Below are positions 40,811-48,034 of a DNA stretch of 64,000 bases, piece after piece. The DNA is from a virus (lineage: Duplodnaviria > Caudoviricetes): positions 60,935-124,934 of the IMG/VR virus record IMGVR_UViG_3300020413_000003. One strand, 5' to 3'. The position numbers and the translations under genes were made by a program. The notes under the pieces are model-generated. The model did not search any database, was not told the origin of the DNA, and was given only the letters and a program-made list of their open reading frames with translations. Numbering within the stretch: the stretch's first letter is position 1; each line of letters opens with the position of its first letter.

Positions 40811-41617
40811 ATGTCTGCAACAAGACCCGCTAGTAAAACTGAAATAAAAAACTATGCTCTTCGTAGATTAGGATATCCTACGATAGACATTAACGTTGCT
40901 ACTGAGCAACTAGATGATCTAGTCGAAGAAGCAATTGATTACTATCAAGAATATCATTACAATGGAAGTTTTAAAACTTTCATGAGAGTTGAAGTTACAC
41001 AGGCAATGTTAGATTCGGGAAGGGGAACTACACAAGAAGGTTCAACTCCTTGGTATGGTTTAGATAATTATATCGACACACCTCCAGGAATGTTAGGTAT
41101 CAATCATGTTTATACCAATATTGGTATGTCAAAGATGTCGAGTGGTAATATATTCAATATTAAATATCAACTTTTCTTGAATGATATTCATAATATGACA
41201 CATGGTCGTATCTTACATTACTTTATGACTTCTCAATATCTTGAGACTTTAGATTGGGTAACCAATTCTCAAGCAAATCGTAGAGTTAAATGGAATGAAT
41301 TGCAAGGCAAACTTTATATGGACTTTGATTGGAAAGATATAGAAGTAGGTGATTATATTATGGTTGATTGTAATATGCGTCAAGACCCAGATACGTACAC
41401 TGCCATGTATAATGATAACTGGTTAAAAGATTATGTTGAGTCATTATTTCAACAGCAATGGGGTCGCAACCTAAGTAAGTATGATGGTATTCAAATGCTA
41501 GGCGGTGTTACTTTAAACGGTAGGCAAATCCTAGAAGATGGTTCTACGTTTAAAAAAGATCTTGAAGAAGAACTTCGTAATCGTTATGAACTTCCACCTT
41601 TAGATTTGATAGGTTAA
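40811..41617 (+). CDS. gp13: Neck protein gp13
   Basis: YALRRLGYPTIDINV, QWGRNLSKYDGIQMLGGVTLNG. Confidence 0.95.
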   Translation: MSATRPASKTEIKNYALRRLGYPTIDINVATEQLDDLVEEAIDYYQEYHYNGSFKTFMRVEVTQAMLDSGRGTTQEGSTPWYGLDNYIDTPPGMLGINHVYTNIGMSKMSSGNIFNIKYQLFLNDIHNMTHGRILHYFMTSQYLETLDWVTNSQANRRVKWNELQGKLYMDFDWKDIEVGDYIMVDCNMRQDPDTYTAMYNDNWLKDYVESLFQQQWGRNLSKYDGIQMLGGVTLNGRQILEDGSTFKKDLEEELRNRYELPPLDLIG

Positions 41618-41618
41618 C

Positions 41619-42545
41619 ATGGCAATTTCTAATACCCCTGCTCAAGATTATGTTCAATCAGACTACAGTAATAGTGGTCGTTTAAGAGCAAATGGTTCTG
41701 AACAGGAACAAAAATTTATTGAAAACTTAGTAGTAGAAAGTATTGAAATTTATGGACAAGACATCTATTATGTTCCGAGAACTATCGTCAATCGTGACAC
41801 GGTTTTCGGAGAAGATTCAGACGGTAAGTTCGAGTCTGCAAAACCAATCAGAGCATATATCAATAATGTCGAAGGATGGGAAGGACAAGGTGAGTTACTT
41901 ACAAAATTTGGAATACGTATCGAAGATAAAACGACGTTTATATTCTCCCGTGAAAAGTTTAAAGAAAAAATTGACGACTCTACAGTCCTTAATGTCGAAG
42001 GAAGACCAAACGAAGGGGATCTAATTTGGTTTCCTATAACTAAACATTTATTTGAAATACAATTTGTAGAAGTAGAAAGACCTTTCTATCAGTTAGGTAG
42101 AAATTTTGTATGGGAATGTCAGTGTGAACTCTTCGAGTACAGTGATGAGTCAATCGATACTGGTCTTGCAGAACTAGATGCTATCGAGACTGCATTTGCA
42201 AATGCTATTACAGTTGGTCTTGCTACTGGTGGTAGTGGTGACTTTACTGTAGGTGAGATTGTAACAGGTGGAACATCTAATGTTACTGCTGAAGTTAAGT
42301 CTTGGGATTCTGCTACTAGAACTCTTATCGTTATAAATCGTTCTGGAACATTCACAGTTCCCGAAACACTTACAGGAGGCACATCTAGTGCATCTTGGAC
42401 AACCGCATCTTATAACACCATAGATAATAAGAACATCGAGTACGATCAAAACTCTGAGTTTGAAACTGCTGATGATGATATTATTGACTTCTCCGAAACT
42501 AATCCATTCGGATCAGTCGGATCCACTAATGACTTGACAATCTAA
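41619..42545 (+). CDS. gp14: Neck protein gp14
   Basis: ESIEIYGQDIYYVPR, RPNEGDLIWFP, PFYQLG, DFSETNPFG. Confidence 0.95.
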   Translation: MAISNTPAQDYVQSDYSNSGRLRANGSEQEQKFIENLVVESIEIYGQDIYYVPRTIVNRDTVFGEDSDGKFESAKPIRAYINNVEGWEGQGELLTKFGIRIEDKTTFIFSREKFKEKIDDSTVLNVEGRPNEGDLIWFPITKHLFEIQFVEVERPFYQLGRNFVWECQCELFEYSDESIDTGLAELDAIETAFANAITVGLATGGSGDFTVGEIVTGGTSNVTAEVKSWDSATRTLIVINRSGTFTVPETLTGGTSSASWTTASYNTIDNKNIEYDQNSEFETADDDIIDFSETNPFGSVGSTNDLTI

Positions 42546-43576
42546 TGCTAGGCACTTATTCTTATCACGAAATATTCAGAAAGACCATCGTTGGTTTTGG
42601 AACTCTATTCAATAATATTGAGTTGAGAAGAAGCACAGAGGTTATGAAAGTTCCTCTTGCTTATGGTCCTAAGCAAAAATTCTTAGCACGTTTAGATCAG
42701 AATCCTGATCCTACAAATAAAAGAGTTCAGATTACTTTACCTAGAATTTCTTTTGAGATTGCAGGTGTTACCTATGATCCTGCTAGAAAAGTTTCTCCTA
42801 CTCAGAAGATAAAAATTACAAAAGACGTAGATAAAAATTATAATACTTACATGCCAGTTCCATACAATTTGGATTTTGAACTAGCAATTATTTCTAAGAA
42901 CCAAGATGATGGTCTACAAATTTTAGAACAGATACTACCTATATTTCAACCTCATTATAATTTACCTGTGAAGTTGATAACTCAAATGAAAGAGATAAAG
43001 GATGTGCCTGTAGTTCTACAATCTATAGACTATGAAGATGATTATGAATCAGATTTTTCTACTCGTAGAGCAATCATTTATACTCTAAGATTCACTGCAA
43101 AGACTTACCTATACGGTCCTGTTACAGAACAGAAAGTTATCAAAAAGGCACAAGTCGATTACTATTCATCTGCAAATACAAGTGTTGCACCAAGACAGGT
43201 TCGTTACACTGCTACACCAGAAGCATGGTCAGATAAGGATGGAGTTGTAGTTACTACACTATCAGGTAACATTACAGCATCAACTACTAGTATCGATATG
43301 GTAGACGCATCTACTATTGTTAAATGGGATGATCTTTATATTGGTAGTGAGGTTATGAAAGTTACTAATAAGACAGGTAACACAGTTCATGTACAAAGAG
43401 GAAGAAATGGAACTACTGCAGCAACTGCTGTAGGTGGTGCACAAGTATTCAAACTTGATGCTGCTGATGATGTATTGGTTGATTCTGAGGACGATTTTGG
43501 ATTTAATGAAACTACTTCATTCTTCCAAGATCAGAAGAAGTTTAATCCTGTAAGTGGTGCCGATGAATCCATTTGA
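42545..43576 (+). CDS. gp15: Tail sheath stabiliser/terminator gp15
   Basis: FGTLFNNI, KVPLAYGPKQKFL, TLPRISFE, FTAKTYLYGP. Confidence 0.95.
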   Translation: MLGTYSYHEIFRKTIVGFGTLFNNIELRRSTEVMKVPLAYGPKQKFLARLDQNPDPTNKRVQITLPRISFEIAGVTYDPARKVSPTQKIKITKDVDKNYNTYMPVPYNLDFELAIISKNQDDGLQILEQILPIFQPHYNLPVKLITQMKEIKDVPVVLQSIDYEDDYESDFSTRRAIIYTLRFTAKTYLYGPVTEQKVIKKAQVDYYSSANTSVAPRQVRYTATPEAWSDKDGVVVTTLSGNITASTTSIDMVDASTIVKWDDLYIGSEVMKVTNKTGNTVHVQRGRNGTTAATAVGGAQVFKLDAADDVLVDSEDDFGFNETTSFFQDQKKFNPVSGADESI

Positions 43577-43991
43577 CGGACTAGATAATGCTTTTGGTGC
43601 TGAACCATCAGACCTTAAAAAGCATGTAGATAAAGTTAAACCTTCTCTTAAGAAGAGTGAAACTGCTGATGTACAACAGGATTACGAGATATCTCGTGCT
43701 CAACTACATAACTTAGTAATGAAAGGACAGGAGGCAGTAGATGGAATACTTGATGTGGCACGAGCGTCAGATCATCCTCGTGCTTATGAGGTGGCAGGGC
43801 AACTCATCAAATCTGTGGGAGATGTAGCAGATAAGTTAATTGACTTGCAAGGTAAGATGAAAGACCTTGATAAAGAAGATAAAAAAGGTCCTACAAATGT
43901 AACTAATGCTATGTTTGTAGGGAGCACATCTGATCTACAGAAGATGTTGAAGCAACAAAAACAGATAAATAAAGATACAGAAACAACATAG
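43563..43991 (+). CDS. gp16: Terminase small subunit gp16
   Basis: DYEISRAQL, HPRAYEV, NAMFVGSTSDL. ATG at 43563 preferred over GTG at 43554. Confidence 0.92.
   Translation: MNPFDGLDNAFGAEPSDLKKHVDKVKPSLKKSETADVQQDYEISRAQLHNLVMKGQEAVDGILDVARASDHPRAYEVAGQLIKSVGDVADKLIDLQGKMKDLDKEDKKGPTNVTNAMFVGSTSDLQKMLKQQKQINKDTETT
43964..43971 (+). promoter_or_regulatory. Late promoter (GATAAATA)
   Basis: In the 3' end of gp16, ~29 nt before the ATG at 44000. Confidence 0.6.
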
Positions 43992-43999
43992 ACACGACA

Positions 44000-44536
44000 A
44001 TGACAGTCCTTAATGTATTAAGCACCAACACTATTGCAGCAGGTGCAACCGAATATCAGGTTGTAAAAACTGGGTTTTATAGAGTTGGATCTACTGCAGG
44101 TGCAGCAACTGTAACCTTCGGTAGTGGTCCTGCAATCACACTTGTTCAGAATGAATTCATTCTTGTCAAAGGTGGTAAGCCAGGTCAAGCACAGATTATA
44201 AAAGCAGTAGACGATTCTACAGCAGATTACTTTGTTGGACAGCATCTTTCAGATACTTCAGCCAACCATCCATTTTCTGTAGGAGATTTCATTGCTGTTG
44301 TAGATAACAGTACAAGTCCTACCATAGACAGTAACTTTCTATCTGCAGGAACAGCAGGAAAGAAAATAACTGCAGCAAGTCTAACTAATATGTTAAGTAC
44401 AGATATAGATTCATCTAGTGCATCTGCTGATTACACACATTCATCAGGTCCTAAAGCACTAGTTCAACGCTGTGTAAAAATTGCTGCAGCAACAAGTGCA
44501 GTAATAGTAGAAGAAGTGCAAGTTGTCGGAGGCTAG
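44000..44536 (+). CDS. Hypothetical late (probably virion) protein
   Basis: 178-aa beta-rich ORF behind a late promoter; normal codon usage. Confidence 0.75.
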   Translation: MTVLNVLSTNTIAAGATEYQVVKTGFYRVGSTAGAATVTFGSGPAITLVQNEFILVKGGKPGQAQIIKAVDDSTADYFVGQHLSDTSANHPFSVGDFIAVVDNSTSPTIDSNFLSAGTAGKKITAASLTNMLSTDIDSSSASADYTHSSGPKALVQRCVKIAAATSAVIVEEVQVVGG

Positions 44537-44537
44537 C

Positions 44538-45209
44538 ATGCCAACGGTTAATCAAGAGGCAGAACGTATAGTTCGTGGAATGAAAAAGAACCAACACAGG
44601 TTCAAGAAACTCTATGGAAAACGTGACAAAGAAGTGATGTATGCCACTGCAAACAAACTAGCACAAAAGGAACAACTTAAAGTTATGTACTATTCAGACT
44701 TCATCCAATTAGTCGAAGGCAATCCTACAACAAGGATGCTTACAAAATCCAAGAAAAATGTAACTGGAAACATCTCGGCTGATCGTGGTTCAGATGAAGG
44801 ATCTAATAGAAAAAAGCGGAAGGGTCTTGAAAAAGATTTAAAGAAAAAAGGTATCGGATATAAAAAAGGTGTCGGTGAGTACAAGTACAAATCAGATGAT
44901 GGAAAGGAAGGGACTGGAAAGGAAGTTTCTTACCAAACATCTAAACCAGATAAAATGAGCAAACGTCGTTTTGGAAAAACAATGCGTCGTTTAGGTCGTA
45001 AACATGGACAAGAATCCGTCATAACAAAAGACAAAGACAAACCCGCTAAGTTACATGACACACAAAAGAAAAAACCTGATAAGTCAGTCAGCATAGGAAA
45101 ATCAAAAGGGGGTAAGAACCCAAGTGGTGCAGGAGAGACTACAGGAACTAAAGTAAGAAGTGGTAAGTTGCCAAAGAAAACTACTAAGCCAGCGTATCAT
45201 TACAACTAA
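44538..45209 (+). CDS. Highly basic hypothetical protein, possible internal head protein
   Basis: GGAGG at 44528-44532 then ATG at 44538; K/R/G-rich. Confidence 0.75.
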   Translation: MPTVNQEAERIVRGMKKNQHRFKKLYGKRDKEVMYATANKLAQKEQLKVMYYSDFIQLVEGNPTTRMLTKSKKNVTGNISADRGSDEGSNRKKRKGLEKDLKKKGIGYKKGVGEYKYKSDDGKEGTGKEVSYQTSKPDKMSKRRFGKTMRRLGRKHGQESVITKDKDKPAKLHDTQKKKPDKSVSIGKSKGGKNPSGAGETTGTKVRSGKLPKKTTKPAYHYN

Positions 45210-45223
45210 GTAAGATACCCACT

Positions 45224-45358
45224 ATGGATAGCAAAAGACTTAAAGAGGTAGAGAAGGAACTTGCCTCTATAAAAAAACTATTAAACCTTCAAAGAGATCA
45301 TGATATGAAGACAGTAAAGATACCGTCTTCAAACCCTGATGAGATTTCCAAAGACTGA
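45224..45358 (+). CDS. Small hypothetical protein (44 aa, MDSKRLKEVEKELASIKKLL...)
   Basis: Hand-translated ORF filling the gap; coiled-coil-like; below the ORF-track size cutoff. Confidence 0.5.
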   Translation: MDSKRLKEVEKELASIKKLLNLQRDHDMKTVKIPSSNPDEISKD

Positions 45359-45366
45359 ATAGTATC

Positions 45367-45374
45367 AATAAATA
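45367..45374 (+). promoter_or_regulatory. Late promoter (AATAAATA)
   Basis: Upstream of GGAG and the ATG at 45399. Confidence 0.6.
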
Positions 45375-45398
45375 CTTCTTATATGGAGTTGAAAGATC

Positions 45399-45557
45399 AT
45401 GTCCCATTATACAGTTGGTTATCACGATAACCTAAATCATCATTATGAAATTTGTGAGTATGCAGACGATGCATACAATGCAATAAGGCAAGCAAGAGAA
45501 GACCTAAAAGGTTTTAGTAATCCACACGCAGCAGAGTATTGTATTAGAGAGGACTAG
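45399..45557 (+). CDS. Small His/Tyr-rich protein (52 aa, MSHYTVGYHDNLNHHYEICEYADDAY...)
   Basis: Hand-translated ATG 45399 to TAG 45557; resembles a small picocyanobacterial/cyanophage hypothetical family (recalled, not searched). Confidence 0.7.
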   Translation: MSHYTVGYHDNLNHHYEICEYADDAYNAIRQAREDLKGFSNPHAAEYCIRED

Positions 45558-45730
45558 TGGGAGAAGTCGTCTGGTCAATAAATATAATGTGTGCTATACT
45601 ATTAATTATAGTTGGCATAGTAATTTACTGGATCTTCAAGTACGATGAATGGTATCCGAATCCTATCACTACCACTACTGATGAGTCTGACCATGTGCGG
45701 GACAGCACCAGTAACAGCGAATCCCATTGA
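45557..45730 (+). CDS. Small single-pass membrane protein (57 aa, VVWSINIMCAILLIIVGIVIYWIFKYDEWYPN...)
   Basis: GTG overlapping the previous TAG, with GAGGA just upstream; clear TM segment. Confidence 0.6.
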   Translation: MGEVVWSINIMCAILLIIVGIVIYWIFKYDEWYPNPITTTTDESDHVRDSTSNSESH

Positions 45731-45950
45731 TGATAGAGATCAATTTTACGATGACTTATACGAAGCATTAGAAGACGCAAGACAATATCAAATACAACAG
45801 AATCAGTCCAATCCTGCAGATACTATAAATAGTGCACTAGCAGAATTTTTGGAGAATGATTATGGGAGCAATGGTGCCACCGAGCAGGAAGAGTTGTTAC
45901 AACTTCCGAGTAGTGTCGATAGACAGAGTAGTGGATGGCGATACGATTGA
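45645..45950 (+). CDS. Hypothetical protein with N-terminal signal-like segment
   Basis: MNGIRILSLPLLMSLTMCG then acidic helical region; possible late promoter AATAAATA at 45577-45584. Confidence 0.55.
   Translation: MNGIRILSLPLLMSLTMCGTAPVTANPIDDRDQFYDDLYEALEDARQYQIQQNQSNPADTINSALAEFLENDYGSNGATEQEELLQLPSSVDRQSSGWRYD
45824..45831 (+). promoter_or_regulatory. Late promoter (TATAAATA) for nuclease/gp17
   Basis: Exact T4 late consensus, followed by GGAG and the ATGs at 45856/45862. Confidence 0.75.
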
Positions 45951-46326
45951 TGTGACAATCGACTTAGGATTTGATCTTTACAAATCTGAAAGAGTGCGTG
46001 TAGCTGGAATTGATACTCCTGAGAAGAGAACAAGAGACTTAGAAGAGAAGGCATTAGGTATAGACGCAACTAATTACTTAAAGAAAAAATTAGAGGATAC
46101 AATAGCAGGAGATGAAGAACTCACAATCAGAACCGAACTTAAAGGGGGGATGGGTAAGTATGGTCGTCTTCTTGGGTGGTTGTATATTGGCGAGGATACT
46201 CTTTCCATAAACGAAGTTATGATAAAGGAAGGGTATGCGTGGGAGTATGATGGTGGAACGAAGCAGAAAAACTTTGAAGAGTTGAGAGAAATACGTAGAT
46301 CATTCGGAACTTTACAGGAGGGTTAA
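45856..46326 (+). CDS. Staphylococcal nuclease-like (SNase/thermonuclease) endonuclease
   Basis: RVVDGDTID, RVRVAGIDTPE, GKYGRLLG, GYAWEY SNase motifs. Confidence 0.88.
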   Translation: MIMGAMVPPSRKSCYNFRVVSIDRVVDGDTIDVTIDLGFDLYKSERVRVAGIDTPEKRTRDLEEKALGIDATNYLKKKLEDTIAGDEELTIRTELKGGMGKYGRLLGWLYIGEDTLSINEVMIKEGYAWEYDGGTKQKNFEELREIRRSFGTLQEG

Positions 46327-47975
46327 TGTCAGAGCAAGGTGTATACCTAGGTAATCCTAATCTTAAAAAAGCAAATGTTCCTCAGAACTTTACTAAGAAA
46401 CAAGTTGCTGAGTATTTGAAATGTGCTGAAGATCCAATTTACTTTATACGAAAGTATATTAAAATTGTTTCTCTTGATGAAGGTGTTGTGCCATTTGACA
46501 TGTACGACTTCCAAGAAGACATGGTAACAAAATTCCATGAACACAGATTCAATATTGCAAAGTTACCTAGACAGTCTGGTAAGTCAACAATCGTTACAGC
46601 ATATCTATTATGGTATGTTCTTTTTAATGCTAATGTAAATGTCGCAATCCTCGCAAACAAAGCACCAACTGCAAGAGAGATGTTGGGACGCTTACAGTTA
46701 TCTTACGAGAATCTTCCTAAATGGATGCAACAAGGTATCTTGGGGTGGAACAAAGGAAGCTTGGAGTTGGAGAACGGAAGTAAGATCCTCGCTTCAAGTA
46801 CTAGTGCTTCTGCTGTTCGCGGTATGTCCTTTAACATTATTTTTCTGGACGAATTCGCGTTTGTTCCGAATCATATTGCTGAACAGTTTTTTGCTAGTGT
46901 GTATCCTACAATTTCATCTGGTAAGTCAACTAAAGTTATTATTATCTCCACTCCTCACGGGATGAATCTTTACTATAAGATTTGGCACGATGCAGAGAGA
47001 GGAGCAAACAATTATAAAACCACTGAGGTACACTGGTCTCAGGTACCTGGCAGAGATGCCAAGTGGAAACAACAGACTATCGAAAATACCTCTGAATCAC
47101 AGTTCAGAGTTGAATTTGATTGTGAATTCTTAGGTTCTGTTGATACCCTTATATCTCCTAGTAAGTTAGGAGTAATGCCATATAAAGATCCATTAACACA
47201 GAATAGGGGGTTAGCAGTCTATGAAGATCGCAAGGAAGGACATAATTATATACTTACTGTTGATGTCTCTCGTGGTATCGGAGGAGACTATTCAGCATTT
47301 GTAGTGATGGATTCTACAACCGTTCCATATCAAATGGTTGCACGGTACAAGAACAATGAAATTAAACCTATTATCTTTCCAGATATAATTGTAAGTGTAG
47401 CGAAGAATTATAACAATGCGTATATTCTTTGTGAAGTAAATGACATAGGTGGACAGGTAGCAGACATCATTCAATATGATTTGGAATATGAGAATCTATT
47501 AATGGCTGCTATGCGTGGTAGAGCAGGTCAACAACTAGGACAAGGTTTTTCTGGTAAGAAAACACAACTAGGTGTAAAGATGAGCACTGCAGTTAAACAA
47601 GTTGGTTGTTCTAATCTTAAAGCATTGATAGAGGATGATAAATTATTAGTCCCAGATTACGATACTATTGCAGAACTAACTACGTTTATTCAGAAAGGTA
47701 ATTCATTTCAAGCGGAAGACGGATGTCATGATGACCTTGCTATGTGTCTTGTTATTTTTGCATGGATGGCAATGCAAGAATACTTTAAAGAAATGAATGA
47801 CAATGATGTGAGGGCAAGGATATATGCAGATCAAAGAGAATCAATAGAACAAGATATGGCACCATTTGGATTTGTAAGTGATGGTTTAGAAGATGAAGTT
47901 ATTGTGGATGCTCAAGGGGAAAGATGGCAACTCGCGGAATATGGGGATGTCCAACACATGCTTGATTTTAGGTGA
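46326..47975 (+). CDS. gp17: Terminase large subunit gp17
   Basis: Walker A PRQSGKST, Walker B IFLDEFAF, ISTPHG, DVSRG, HDDLAM. Confidence 0.97.
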   Translation: MSEQGVYLGNPNLKKANVPQNFTKKQVAEYLKCAEDPIYFIRKYIKIVSLDEGVVPFDMYDFQEDMVTKFHEHRFNIAKLPRQSGKSTIVTAYLLWYVLFNANVNVAILANKAPTAREMLGRLQLSYENLPKWMQQGILGWNKGSLELENGSKILASSTSASAVRGMSFNIIFLDEFAFVPNHIAEQFFASVYPTISSGKSTKVIIISTPHGMNLYYKIWHDAERGANNYKTTEVHWSQVPGRDAKWKQQTIENTSESQFRVEFDCEFLGSVDTLISPSKLGVMPYKDPLTQNRGLAVYEDRKEGHNYILTVDVSRGIGGDYSAFVVMDSTTVPYQMVARYKNNEIKPIIFPDIIVSVAKNYNNAYILCEVNDIGGQVADIIQYDLEYENLLMAAMRGRAGQQLGQGFSGKKTQLGVKMSTAVKQVGCSNLKALIEDDKLLVPDYDTIAELTTFIQKGNSFQAEDGCHDDLAMCLVIFAWMAMQEYFKEMNDNDVRARIYADQRESIEQDMAPFGFVSDGLEDEVIVDAQGERWQLAEYGDVQHMLDFR

Positions 47976-47986
47976 CGTTTCAAAAA

Positions 47987-47994
47987 TATAAATA
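47987..47994 (+). promoter_or_regulatory. Late promoter (TATAAATA) for gp18
   Basis: Exact consensus, intergenic, AGGAG RBS downstream. Confidence 0.85.
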
Positions 47995-48034
47995 ATCTTA
48001 GACAACCGCTAAGGCATTCTAGGAGTATATAAAC

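Noticed and set aside
44500-44536. C-terminal di-glycine (EEVQVVGG) suggesting a ubiquitin-like protein
   Set aside because: No beta-grasp features or E1/E2/JAB genes nearby.
45210-45645. Apparent non-coding gap that might hold a tRNA or ncRNA
   Set aside because: Filled by three small ORFs; no cloverleaf or T-loop motif seen.
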